Part shown: piece after piece, positions 17,360 through 26,552 of the stretch
Layout of the letters: each line of letters starts with the position of its first letter
Numbering within the stretch: the first letter of the stretch is position 1
Assembly (NCBI GenBank): GCA_022703585.1
Contig: JAKLDJ010000006.1
Location: forward strand, 5,696 to 69,695
Reading direction: 5' to 3'
DNA from: Candidatus Omnitrophota bacterium
GTDB lineage: Bacteria > Omnitrophota > Gorgyraeia > Zapsychrales > JAKLDJ01
Length of the DNA: 64,000 nucleotides
Made by a program: the position numbers and the translations under genes
The notes under the pieces: model-generated
Databases searched by the model: none
What the model saw: the letters and a program-made list of their open reading frames with translations, nothing else
Told to the model about the DNA's origin: nothing

Positions 17360-17459
17360 GCTAAGGTAAGTCAAAATTCCCTTAGACCTGCCTAAAAATC
17401 AACGCTAAAAATATATTGACAGGAATTACTCTTCGCATTATCATGCTCCCTAATATGCT

Positions 17460-17745
17460 TAATCGATTTTGATACGTTCGACGGCGTCCGAACCCGCCTT
17501 AAGGGGTGGGGTTCGGACGCCGCTCAGTATCAACCCTGAGCAAACCCCGGGCTTTAGTCCGGGGAGCGTCGAATGGGTTGATTTCTGTGCCCTATAATTT
17601 ACAGAAATCAAATGAGAGCGGGGGATCCAGGAAATACGATCAATTAAGATCTTGGGGCGAATATGAAAATTAGGGCCCAACAGCCCGAGCCCGACAGCTA
17701 ACCCCGTCAGCCTAGTGTTGAGAGAGCAAGCCAAAGAAATCGCTC
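17460..17745 (+). ncRNA. Highly structured intergenic leader / candidate cis-regulatory RNA upstream of the amino-acid permease gene
   Basis: Nested inverted repeats: gacggcgtccgaaccc/gggttcggacgccg (17479-17522), tcaaccc...gggttga (17530-17590), ccccggg/ccgggg, atttctgt/acagaaat, and a weak hairpin plus T-run at 17719-17760. Confidence 0.3.
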
Positions 17746-17791
17746 TTTGGTTTTTTGCTTTTTAATGACCGCATCAATAAACGGCAATAAA

Positions 17792-19783
17792 ATGGAAAAT
17801 AAACCAAAAACATCTTTAGCGAAAAGAATCAAGACCGCCGTCATCGGACAAGCGCGCAGTCCGTTGGACCGGCATGTCTTTCACAGTCTTTCTCTGGTGG
17901 CTTTTTTTGCCTGGGTAGGCTTGGGCGCGGATGGGCTTTCGTCCTCTTGTTATGGCCCGGAGGAAGCCTTTTTAGCCCTGGGGAACTATCATTACTTGAG
18001 CATCTTTGTTGCTCTGGGAACGGTCCTCACGATATTCCTTATTAGCGCCAGCTATTCTCAGATTATTGAGCTTTTTCCGGCCGGAGGAGGAGGTTATTTA
18101 GTCGCCAGCAAGCTGCTGTCTCCGGGTGTAGGGATGGTTTCGGGTTGCGCGCTTTTGATTGATTACGTTTTTACTATAGCTATTTCTATTGCCAGCGGTT
18201 CGGATGCCTTGTTTAGCTTCCTTCCGGTCGAATGGCAGCCGTATAAAATCTATTTAGCTGTTTTTGGAGTTTTTCTGCTGACACTAATGAACATACGGGG
18301 GGTAAGGGAATCCGTTATTCCGCTTATTCCGATATTTCTCATTTTTGTCGGAACCCATCTTTTCGCGATTGTCTACGGAATATTTGTTCATGCGGGGAAT
18401 TTTCCCCACGTCTGGAATTCAACAGCTTCTGATATTCATCTTGCCGGAACAAATCTGGGCCTTTTTGGAATGATCTTCCTTATCTTGCGGGCCTACAGCA
18501 TGGGCGCGGGAACTTTTACGGGAATTGAGGCTGTTAGTAACGGTTTGCCTATTTTAAGAGATCCCAAGGTTGAAACCGGTAAAAAGACCATGCGCTATAT
18601 GTCTATTTCGCTCGCCGTCACCGTCCTGGGGCTTATGATTACGTATCTTCTTTTTGACGTTAATCGCGAAGCAGGAAAGACGTTAAACGCGGTTTTGATG
18701 GAAAATATTGTTTTGGGTTGGCCGAATCCCTATGGTTATTTCTTTATTCTGGTGACTTTGATTTCGGAAGCGATGATTTTATTTGTCGCTGCTCAAGCGG
18801 GATTTTTAGACGGTCCCCGTGTGTTGGCCAACATGGCTTCTGACCGCTGGTTTCCGACGAAATTTTCTTCACTAAGCGATCGTCTTGTTACCCAAAACGG
18901 ACTTTTACTTATGGGATTGGCTGCTTTGATGGCGATTGTCTTTACTCACGGGTCAGTCCACATCCTTGTTGTTCTTTACAGTATCAATGTCTTTATTACG
19001 TTTTGCCTTTCGCAGCTGGGGATGGTTCGTCATTGGTGGAATGTACGTGAAAGTGTCAGGACTTGGAAGAAAAAGATAGCGGTCAACGGCCTCGGGCTTA
19101 CCCTGACGTCATTTATTCTGATCTCGATTATTATAATAAAATTCAACCAAGGCGGGTGGATCACATTATTAATAACGGGAGCGCTGGTAGTGTTTGCGAT
19201 TATGGTCAAACGCCACTATCGCGAGACCGCGAAACTTTTAAATCGGTTAGATAGCCTGGTTCAAACAGCGTCTTCCGTGGGGAGCGTCGACTCTTCTGTA
19301 AAGACTGCCTGTGCATTTGACCCCGGAGCCAAGACAGCGGTTTTGCTGGTCAATGGATTTAACGGGTTAGGTTTACATACCTTATTTAACGTCATCCGGT
19401 TTTTTGGAAAAGAATTTAAGAATTTTGTATTTCTAGAGATAGGTGTTATTGATGCCGGAAATTTTAAAGGGGCACAGGAAGTCGACCGCCTTAAACTTCA
19501 GTCGGAAAAGGATATCGAGCGCTACGTTTCTTTTATGAACCATAGCGGTTATTATGCGCAAGGGTGTTGTGCTATCGGGATTGATGTTATTGAAGAGATC
19601 GAGAAAGTGTGCGCCCAAACCTTGGAACATTTCCCGGGAGCGGTGTTTTTCGGAGGCCAGCTAGTTTTCCCTCAGGAAACCGTATGGAACCGATGGTTGC
19701 ATAACTATACCGTTTTTGCCATACAGCGAAAGCTTTATCAAAAAGGAATTCCGTTTGTCATATTGCCTATTCGGGTTTACTAA
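17792..19783 (+). CDS. APC-superfamily amino acid permease with ~230-aa C-terminal cytoplasmic extension
   Basis: SQIIELFPAGGGGYLVASKLLSPGVGMVSGCALLIDYVFTIAISIASGSDALFSFLP and many TM segments. The start is placed at MENKPKT (17792); the ORF track begins at 17747. Confidence 0.7.
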   Translation: MENKPKTSLAKRIKTAVIGQARSPLDRHVFHSLSLVAFFAWVGLGADGLSSSCYGPEEAFLALGNYHYLSIFVALGTVLTIFLISASYSQIIELFPAGGGGYLVASKLLSPGVGMVSGCALLIDYVFTIAISIASGSDALFSFLPVEWQPYKIYLAVFGVFLLTLMNIRGVRESVIPLIPIFLIFVGTHLFAIVYGIFVHAGNFPHVWNSTASDIHLAGTNLGLFGMIFLILRAYSMGAGTFTGIEAVSNGLPILRDPKVETGKKTMRYMSISLAVTVLGLMITYLLFDVNREAGKTLNAVLMENIVLGWPNPYGYFFILVTLISEAMILFVAAQAGFLDGPRVLANMASDRWFPTKFSSLSDRLVTQNGLLLMGLAALMAIVFTHGSVHILVVLYSINVFITFCLSQLGMVRHWWNVRESVRTWKKKIAVNGLGLTLTSFILISIIIIKFNQGGWITLLITGALVVFAIMVKRHYRETAKLLNRLDSLVQTASSVGSVDSSVKTACAFDPGAKTAVLLVNGFNGLGLHTLFNVIRFFGKEFKNFVFLEIGVIDAGNFKGAQEVDRLKLQSEKDIERYVSFMNHSGYYAQGCCAIGIDVIEEIEKVCAQTLEHFPGAVFFGGQLVFPQETVWNRWLHNYTVFAIQRKLYQKGIPFVILPIRVY

Positions 19784-19868
19784 GGATGTGTTTTTTATTT
19801 CTTTGAGGGCGTATTGCGTAAAGGGTATTCTTACGGTAAAATAATCATTCACAGATAAGGAGTAGGGA

Positions 19869-20831
19869 ATGTTTTCACTGCAGTTAAGAATGTGGTTATT
19901 GGTAACACTTTTATTCGGCATCATCTATGCCATTGTGGTCGTTATCGGGACCTCGATGGGGGTAAACAATTTTTATTTTTACCTGGCCATTTCAGTCGGC
20001 ATGATGATTGTCCAGTATCTGATCGGGCCCAAACTCGTCGAATGGACCATGGGGGTTCGGTATACGACGAAAGAAGAGCGGCCGGATCTTTATCGCATGG
20101 TCGAGGATTTGTCCCAAAAGGCCCGGATACCGATGCCAAAAATCGGAATTTCGCAAGCCGGGATACCAAATGCCTTTGCATTTGGACGAGGGGTTCGTGA
20201 CGGGCGTGTTTGCGTTACCGAGGGAATCTTGAATTTGCTCAACGAAGAAGAACTTAAGGCAGTCTTAGGTCATGAAATTAGTCACCTTAAAAACCGCGAT
20301 GTTTTAACAATTACTCTGTTATCGGTTATTCCTATGGTGCTCTATCGGCTTGCCTGGAGCTTTTTGTTTTACGGGCGCAGGCGTGACGGACGGGACAATA
20401 CAATGCTGATCGGGCTGGCGGCGCTAATTTTTTATTTTATTACAAACCTCTTGGTGCTTTATGCCTCAAGGATACGGGAATATTTTGCCGATCGAGGTTC
20501 GGTCGCGCTGGGTAATAAACCTGCGGCACTTGCCTCGGCACTTTATAAGCTTGTTTACGGCTCTGCTCGTGTCGACAGGGAGTCGATCAGGGAAGCGGAG
20601 GGCTTGAAGGCATTTTTTGTTAATGACCCTTCTCGGGCGTCGCATGAGATAAGGGAGTTGGTTCAGCTGGACTTGGACCGCAGCGGTACGATTGACAGTT
20701 CTGAGCTTGCCTTATTACGGAATAAAACCATCCACGTGACATTTGCGGATAGGCTCATGGAACTTTTAAGCACACATCCGAATATGCTCAAGCGTATCCG
20801 GCATCTTTCTCAAACCGACATGGCCGGGTAA
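19869..20831 (+). CDS. htpX: M48-family zinc metalloprotease (HtpX-like) with C-terminal EF-hand-like loop
   Basis: HEISH zinc-binding motif (LGHEISHLKNRD) and four TM helices. The C-terminus contains DLDRSGTIDSSE, which matches the EF-hand loop consensus DxDx(D/S)GxIxxxE. Confidence 0.75.
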   Translation: MFSLQLRMWLLVTLLFGIIYAIVVVIGTSMGVNNFYFYLAISVGMMIVQYLIGPKLVEWTMGVRYTTKEERPDLYRMVEDLSQKARIPMPKIGISQAGIPNAFAFGRGVRDGRVCVTEGILNLLNEEELKAVLGHEISHLKNRDVLTITLLSVIPMVLYRLAWSFLFYGRRRDGRDNTMLIGLAALIFYFITNLLVLYASRIREYFADRGSVALGNKPAALASALYKLVYGSARVDRESIREAEGLKAFFVNDPSRASHEIRELVQLDLDRSGTIDSSELALLRNKTIHVTFADRLMELLSTHPNMLKRIRHLSQTDMAG

Positions 20832-20838
20832 GGATAGA

Positions 20839-21603
20839 ATGGACTTTTGGCATGCGATTGTTTTTGGGGTAGTGGAAGGCATCACGGAATTCCTTCCTGT
20901 ATCTTCGACGGGGCACTTGATTCTGACCGCTCGCGTTTTAAATTTCCCTCAAACCGAATTCCTTAAAAGCTTTGAAATTACCATACAGCTGGGGGCAATT
21001 CTTTCGGTTGTTGTCCTGTACGGACGGTCGTTACTCATTAACGGCGCGGTTATAAAAAAGGTGCTGGCTGCTTTTGTTCCTACGGCGGTGGCGGGGCTTG
21101 CTCTTTACAAGGTTGTTAAACAAACGTTGTTAGGAAGCGCGGATGTTGTTCTCTGGTCTTTGTTTTTAGGAGGGATATTCTTAATTATCTTTGATTTATT
21201 CCATCGGGAGCCTAGGGATGCAACGGAGGAGATCGCATGCATTTCCTATAAACAGGCGATTCTTATCGGGTTTTTCCAGGCGATTGCGATTATCCCCGGA
21301 GTGTCGCGTGCGGCTGCGACGATAATCGGAGGGTTGATTTTGGGGCTTCGTCGCAAGACAATCGTTGAATTCTCATTTCTTTTAGCTGTGCCGACAATGC
21401 TGGCGGCAACGGCGTTAGATTTATTTAAAAGTGCCGCATCTTTTTCGGCAGACCAGTTTGGATTTCTGGCGGTAGGATTTCTGACGTCATTTGTTGTCGC
21501 TCTGGCCAGCATTAAGTTTTTGTTGTATTTTATCAAGCGCCATAATTTTCTTAGTTTCGGTATTTATCGGATTGCAATAGCGTTGTTATTCTGGCTTCGA
21601 TAG
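20839..21603 (+). CDS. uppP: Undecaprenyl-diphosphate phosphatase
   Basis: MDFWHAIVFGVVEGITEFLPVSSTGHLIL...PGVSRSG-like motifs of BacA/UppP. Confidence 0.9.
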   Translation: MDFWHAIVFGVVEGITEFLPVSSTGHLILTARVLNFPQTEFLKSFEITIQLGAILSVVVLYGRSLLINGAVIKKVLAAFVPTAVAGLALYKVVKQTLLGSADVVLWSLFLGGIFLIIFDLFHREPRDATEEIACISYKQAILIGFFQAIAIIPGVSRAAATIIGGLILGLRRKTIVEFSFLLAVPTMLAATALDLFKSAASFSADQFGFLAVGFLTSFVVALASIKFLLYFIKRHNFLSFGIYRIAIALLFWLR

Positions 21604-21615
21604 GGAGGTGTGAGG

Positions 21616-23049
21616 ATGCGGAGGATAAGATTTGTTTTTTGGGTATGCCTTTTTCTTGCGTTAAACGTATTCAATACACCAGTATCGGCACAACAGGCCT
21701 GGCCTGAGGTCAAGCTTGAGGCCAGTGACCGCATTCTTATTCTGGCCCCGCATCCCGATGACGAGGTCTTGGGCTGTGGAGGCATCATCCAGAAGGCGGT
21801 GGCGTTGAAATTGCCGGTTCACATTGTTTTTTATACATATGGGGACAACAACCAATGGTCTTTTTTGGTCTATCGTAAACATCCGGTGCTTGTTCCGGGG
21901 GCAGTGAAAAAGATGGGGCTTATGAGGCATGATGAAGCCCTTGCCGCATCCAAGGCGCTGGGGGTGCCTGCTGAAAATCTGACATTTTTAGGGTATCCTG
22001 ATTTTGGGACGATGAGTATCTGGTACGCCCACTGGGGGAATCGTCCGGCGCTGCGTAGCATGCTGACTAGGGTCAATAAAGTTCCTTATGCGGGTGCTCT
22101 GCGGCCCGGTGCCCCGTATAAAGGAGAAGAGATTGTCAAAGATCTCACTGCAGTGTTGCGCGGTTTTAGGCCGACAAAGATTTTTGTTTCTCATCCGACC
22201 GACCATAATGGCGACCACCTGTCGCTGTATCTTTTTACCCGTGTAGCCCTTTGGAATTTAGGGGAGGATTTTACGCCGCAAATCTATCCCTATCTTATCC
22301 ATCGCGCTCACTGGCCTCATCCTAAGGGATACCGTCCTGAAGAGGCCTTAGTGCCGCCTGAACCTCTAAAAGAGGAAGTCTCTTGGTTTGTGTCGCCATT
22401 GAGCCCTGAGGAAATAAGCCGCAAGGAGGCCGCACTCAAGGCCCATCGGTCGCAGTATCGTTCCAGCGAGAAGTACCTGCTTTCTTTTGTGCGTGCTAAC
22501 GAGTTGTTCGGCGACTTTCCGGTGATTAAACTTAAAAAAAGCGAGACCGGAGAATCATCACTGTGGCCTGGGGCAAAGGAGTATTCTGTGCAGGTGCCCG
22601 AAGAGTTGACGGATTCGGAACGATCTGCCTTTGTCGGCCTTGAATGGCGTTTTGTGAGGCTGGAGGGAGACAATTTGGTTCTTTCTATCGAACTTTCTCG
22701 GCCGTTGGCAGAAGGTGTCGTTGCCTCGATTTACGCTTTTGGGTACCGCAGTGACCTCCCCTTTGGAAAAATGCCTAAACTGCACGTGAAGCTGGGTGTG
22801 ACCAACCACTCGATTTACGACCAGAATCGAAGATTGCCCGGTGATACAATTAAGGTGGTGCGTTCTGCGAAAGAAATCTCAATCAGTGTGCCGCTTGCGG
22901 TTCTTGGGGACCCTCAAAAGATTCTCACCAGTGCCAGGACGTATTTAAGCGAAATTCCATTAGGATGGGTTGCGTGGCGGGTATTGGAATTGCCCGGGCA
23001 GGAGAAGCCGTTGCCGGCAAAGAATCCGTTTTGGTTCTGGCCCCGTTAA
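21616..23049 (+). CDS. Secreted PIG-L family deacetylase (LmbE-like) with long C-terminal extension
   Basis: GGGAGG RBS. Signal peptide, then LILAPHPDDEVLGCGGIIQK...HPTDHNGDH...H, typical of PIG-L/LmbE. The ~230-aa C-terminal domain is unassigned. Confidence 0.7.
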   Translation: MRRIRFVFWVCLFLALNVFNTPVSAQQAWPEVKLEASDRILILAPHPDDEVLGCGGIIQKAVALKLPVHIVFYTYGDNNQWSFLVYRKHPVLVPGAVKKMGLMRHDEALAASKALGVPAENLTFLGYPDFGTMSIWYAHWGNRPALRSMLTRVNKVPYAGALRPGAPYKGEEIVKDLTAVLRGFRPTKIFVSHPTDHNGDHLSLYLFTRVALWNLGEDFTPQIYPYLIHRAHWPHPKGYRPEEALVPPEPLKEEVSWFVSPLSPEEISRKEAALKAHRSQYRSSEKYLLSFVRANELFGDFPVIKLKKSETGESSLWPGAKEYSVQVPEELTDSERSAFVGLEWRFVRLEGDNLVLSIELSRPLAEGVVASIYAFGYRSDLPFGKMPKLHVKLGVTNHSIYDQNRRLPGDTIKVVRSAKEISISVPLAVLGDPQKILTSARTYLSEIPLGWVAWRVLELPGQEKPLPAKNPFWFWPR

Positions 23050-23064
23050 ATGAGAAACTATTAT

Positions 23065-23093
23065 TTGACAAGTCAGGCAAATATATGTATAGT
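23065..23093 (+). promoter_or_regulatory. Sigma70-like promoter of cspA with ~120-nt 5' UTR
   Basis: TTGACA (23065-23070), a 17-nt spacer, then TATAGT (23088-23093). A long leader before the start is typical of cold-shock genes. Confidence 0.5.
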
Positions 23094-23212
23094 TTTGAAA
23101 AGTTAGTAGTAAATAAAGGGAAGAAAGGCAATGCTGCAGGAGAAGGTTGCCCTACGTTTTTAGGTCTTCTGCCGTTATTTACTACAATGTTCATGAAAGG
23201 AGGTAGTAAGTA

Positions 23213-23413
23213 ATGGTTAGAGGAAAAGTGAAGTGGTTTAATAACCAGAAGGGCTACGGGTTTATCACCCCGGAGTCAGGCAGCGATGTTTTTGTGCACC
23301 ATAGCGCGATTCAGGGTGAGGGCTACAAGTCGTTAGCGGAGGGCCAAGAGGTTGAATTTGAAGTCGAAAAAGGCCCCAAGGGCGAACAAGCCAAAAATGT
23401 TGTAAAATTATAA
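23213..23413 (+). CDS. cspA: Cold-shock protein (CspA family)
   Basis: [34 protein letters not shown]: the RNP1/RNP2 motifs. AAAGGAGGT RBS. Confidence 0.9.
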   Translation: MVRGKVKWFNNQKGYGFITPESGSDVFVHHSAIQGEGYKSLAEGQEVEFEVEKGPKGEQAKNVVKL

Positions 23414-23421
23414 CCGGAAAC

Positions 23422-23459
23422 CCACGGGCCCGGCAACAAGTTGCCGGGCCCGTTTTGTT
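23422..23459 (+). terminator. Intrinsic terminator after cspA
   Basis: ACGGGCCCGGCAACaaGTTGCCGGGCCCGTtttgtt. Confidence 0.7.
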
Positions 23460-23481
23460 ACAGCGAAAGAAGAGGCATATT

Positions 23482-23985
23482 ATGAAACGTTTTTTAAGTT
23501 TGGCGCTTTGCGGCGTCTTATTCTTTATGTTTGCGGGGATTTCGATTTCAAGGGCTGAAAGCGCAAAGATTACCGACGGCAGCAAGGTGTCATTCGATTA
23601 TACGCTGACGGTTGACGGAAAAGTAATTGATAGCTCCAGCGGACGCGGTCCGATTCAATACACCCAAGGCAAAAGCGAGATTGTTCCGGGCCTTGAAAAA
23701 GAGTTGGCCGGAATGAAAGTTGGCGATGAAAAAACCGTTATCGTGAAACCGGAAGAAGGCTACGGGCTAGTGAGTCCTGAGGCGCTTAAGGAAGTATCCA
23801 GGGCTAATTTACCTGCCGACATTCAACCTCAAGTCGGAATGGTTCTGCAAATTCATGGCGCGGACGGACGTGCGTTCCCGGCGATGATTGCGAAGGTGGA
23901 TACCGATACGGTTGTCTTAAACTTCAACCATCCGCTTGCGGGAAAAGAATTAAATTTTCAGGTAAAAATTGTTTCCATAAACTAA
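23482..23985 (+). CDS. FKBP-type peptidyl-prolyl cis-trans isomerase with signal peptide
   Basis: VSFDYTLTVDGKVIDSS...PIQYTQGKSEIVPGLEKELAGMKVGDEKTV...GMVLQIHGADGRAFPAMIAKVDTDTVVLNFNHPLAGKELNFQVKIVSI: an FKBP fold with an IF-like insertion, SlyD-like. Confidence 0.8.
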   Translation: MKRFLSLALCGVLFFMFAGISISRAESAKITDGSKVSFDYTLTVDGKVIDSSSGRGPIQYTQGKSEIVPGLEKELAGMKVGDEKTVIVKPEEGYGLVSPEALKEVSRANLPADIQPQVGMVLQIHGADGRAFPAMIAKVDTDTVVLNFNHPLAGKELNFQVKIVSIN

Positions 23986-24011
23986 GTTTTTTGACATTCT
24001 TACTTTGAATT

Positions 24012-24053
24012 AAAAACCCACTGTGATATAATTTCTTGCAGTGGGTTTTTTAT
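24012..24053 (+). terminator. Intrinsic terminator
   Basis: AAAACCCACTGtgatataatttcttgCAGTGGGTTTTttat. Confidence 0.6.
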
Positions 24054-24516
24054 GGAGATTTTTATGGAAGAGCGGCGAGTTCGCCCCAAAAAATTTTTTT
24101 ACCGGTCAACCCTTCAATGGCAGAATGAGCGCAAGGCAATTCTCTCTAGTGCCGGCAAGCCTTCTCTGGAGGTAACGCCGCCTCCCGAATTTAAAGGGCC
24201 GGACGGATTCTGGACACCCGAGGATTTGCTTGTTGCCGCTGCGAATAGCTGTTTTCTGATGACTTTTTTGGCTTACGCGGAGCGCGATCAAATTGCCCTG
24301 GCCGGTTATGAGGGCGAGGCGGAAGGGGTCTTGGAATTAGTTGATCGGAAAATGATTGTTACTCAAATTAAGCTGATTGTACGTATTTCTCTAAAATCAT
24401 CTTCAGATATCCCTCGCGCAGAAGCTGTCTTAAAATCTTCCAAAGAGAATTGCATTATCTCAAATTCCGTAAAATCAAGCATAGATGTGGAGTCCCAAAT
24501 AACGGTTGCCCATTAA
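24052..24516 (+). CDS. OsmC/Ohr family peroxiredoxin-like protein
   Basis: WTPEDLLVAAANSCFLMTFLAYAE and a C-terminal ...NCIISNS: the OsmC pattern with a conserved Cys pair. Confidence 0.7.
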   Translation: MEIFMEERRVRPKKFFYRSTLQWQNERKAILSSAGKPSLEVTPPPEFKGPDGFWTPEDLLVAAANSCFLMTFLAYAERDQIALAGYEGEAEGVLELVDRKMIVTQIKLIVRISLKSSSDIPRAEAVLKSSKENCIISNSVKSSIDVESQITVAH

Positions 24517-24529
24517 CCGGAGTCTTTCA

Positions 24530-26140
24530 GTGCCTCATTCCGAAAAAAAAGTACCGCCTCCTGCTGAGCCCTCCAGGAAATTTCGCATTCGCGACAGCTG
24601 GGGATCCCGACTGGGGATCATTATGGCTGTCGCCGGTTCTGCGATAGGGTTGGGAAATTTTCTTAGGTTTCCGGCTAAGGCGGTAGCCAATGGCGGTGGA
24701 GCGTTTCTGATCCCATATTTTGTGTCGCTCTTTTTACTGGGAATACCGTTGATGTGGATTGAATGGACGCTGGGCCGTTACGGCGGAGGCTTTGGGCACG
24801 GGACGGCTCCGGGGATATTTCACAGCATCTGGCAGAAAAACCGCTTTATTAAATATTTTGGTGTTATCGGTATTTTTGGACCGCTGGTTATTTTTATTTA
24901 CTATACCTACATCGAATCCTGGACTTTGGCTTACAGTTTTTTTGCTTTGGCAGGGAAATATGCCCAACTGAATGACCAAGGGATGATGCAAAATTTCTTA
25001 AGAGGGTTTCAGGGCATAGAAAATAATCAATTCTTTGGCGGTTTGGGGACGGCGTATTTCTTTTTTCTGGCGACATTCGCCGTAAATATAACAGTCATTT
25101 ATTACGGGATCAAAGGGGGCATTGAACGTCTATGCAAGTGGGCGATGCCGCTTTTATTTATCTGCGGTATTGTGCTGATGGTTCGGGTTATGACACTGGG
25201 AACTCCGGATGCATTAAAGCCGGACTGGAATATTTCTAACGGATTCGGGTTTCTGTGGAATCCGGATTTTTCGGCGTTAAAATCCGCCAAGGTTTGGCTT
25301 GAGGCGGCCGGGCAAATATTCTTTACATTAAGCGTTGGGATTGGCGTTATCCTCACCTATGCCAGCTATCTATCCAAAGGGGATGACGTGGCGCTTTCCG
25401 GAACAACAGCGGCCAGTACCAACGAGATCGCCGAAGTTATTCTCGGGGGCAGCATTGTTATTCCGGCAGCGTTTGTTTTCTTTGGGCCTGTCGAGATCAA
25501 ATCCATTGCAGCGTCGGGGACATTTAATCTGGGTTTTGTTACAATGCCGTTAGTTTTACAGCATTTGCCGTTGGCGCAATTTTTTGGCTTTATCTGGTTC
25601 CTGCTTTTATTTTTAGCGGGAATAACTTCTTCCGTTTCGTTGGCCCAGCCGGCAGTTGCTTTTCTGGAGGACGAATTTGACATTAGCCGGAAAAAAGCGG
25701 TCGGAATATTTGCCGTTGTTTCATTCATCCTCTGTCAGCCGGCGATATTTTTCTTAAAAAACGGCGTTGTCGACGAGCTGGATTTCTGGGGCGGGACATT
25801 CTTTTTGGTTGTCTTTGCAGCTATTGAAACCGTCCTTTTTGTCTGGGTTTTTGGCATGGACAAGGCTTGGGATGAAATCCATAAGGGTGCGGATATCCGT
25901 ATACCCAGGATCTATAAATTCATTATCAAATATATTACGCCTTTGTTCTTGTCCCTTATTTTGGGGATATGGCTTTGGCAGGAGTGGCTTCCGATTATTT
26001 TTATGAATAATGTTGCCTCCGAAAATAAAATGTACGTTTTGGCCACGCGCGTGGGGTTACTGGCGGTTCTGTTTATCCTTGCTCTGCTGGTTAAAATTGC
26101 CTGGAGACGCAAAAAGCTTCAAGGGGAGGACATGCGATGA
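24530..26140 (+). CDS. Sodium-dependent transporter, NSS (SNF) family
   Basis: RDSWGSRLGIIMAVAGSAIGLGNFLRFPAKAVANGGGAFLIPYFVSLFLLGIPLMWIEWTLGRYGG: the canonical NSS TM1 signature. The start is uncertain: GTG at 24530 after GGAG, versus the ORF-track TTG at 24506. Confidence 0.8.
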   Translation: MPHSEKKVPPPAEPSRKFRIRDSWGSRLGIIMAVAGSAIGLGNFLRFPAKAVANGGGAFLIPYFVSLFLLGIPLMWIEWTLGRYGGGFGHGTAPGIFHSIWQKNRFIKYFGVIGIFGPLVIFIYYTYIESWTLAYSFFALAGKYAQLNDQGMMQNFLRGFQGIENNQFFGGLGTAYFFFLATFAVNITVIYYGIKGGIERLCKWAMPLLFICGIVLMVRVMTLGTPDALKPDWNISNGFGFLWNPDFSALKSAKVWLEAAGQIFFTLSVGIGVILTYASYLSKGDDVALSGTTAASTNEIAEVILGGSIVIPAAFVFFGPVEIKSIAASGTFNLGFVTMPLVLQHLPLAQFFGFIWFLLLFLAGITSSVSLAQPAVAFLEDEFDISRKKAVGIFAVVSFILCQPAIFFLKNGVVDELDFWGGTFFLVVFAAIETVLFVWVFGMDKAWDEIHKGADIRIPRIYKFIIKYITPLFLSLILGIWLWQEWLPIIFMNNVASENKMYVLATRVGLLAVLFILALLVKIAWRRKKLQGEDMR

Positions 26141-26241
26141 GGCCGGACGGATGGTTGTTTCTTTTGGTTTCTTGGGGAATTATTTTAGGGCTTGCAGCAT
26201 TCTGCTTTATAAAAGTGCTATCAAAGAAACGGCTGAAGTGA
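26137..26241 (+). CDS. Candidate 34-aa single-TM micro-protein translationally coupled to the NSS transporter gene
   Basis: ATGA start/stop overlap with the NSS gene. Encodes MRPDGWLFLLVSWGIILGLAAFCFIKVLSKKRLK, a hydrophobic helix plus a basic tail. Below the ORF-track size cutoff. Confidence 0.3.
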   Translation: MRPDGWLFLLVSWGIILGLAAFCFIKVLSKKRLK

Positions 26242-26552
26242 AACAGTTGATTCTGCCGGAATGTAATCCTGAGATAGAAAAGCCTTGAAAAATATCGTTT
26301 GTAACTGCGTGAAAATGCTACAAATTTATTGACAAGCAAGTAAAATCCTGTTTTAATTCTTATTATAACTGACTATCTCGCATGCCGTAGGATAGGCATA
26401 GTTATCCAAATCAAAAAATAACGCTGCTTTAAGATATAGATTCAGCTGAAAGGGGGTAGAAAAAACAAGGTAGGTTATGATTAGCAGGAGGGATGTTGTT
26501 TGGCGGGCAGTTAATGGCATTTTAAAATTTTTTTATTTTTAAGGAGGATCCA

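Noticed and set aside
17459-17734. Minus-strand ORF of 91 aa in the structured intergenic region
   Set aside because: It lies entirely within the nested inverted repeats and has no RBS. Its composition looks like translated hairpin sequence, so it is probably not coding.
24506-24529. Overlap of the NSS transporter ORF-track start (TTG 24506) with the OsmC gene
   Set aside because: A GTG at 24530 preceded by GGAG gives a normal NSS N-terminal length and avoids the overlap, so I treat the TTG extension as an over-call.
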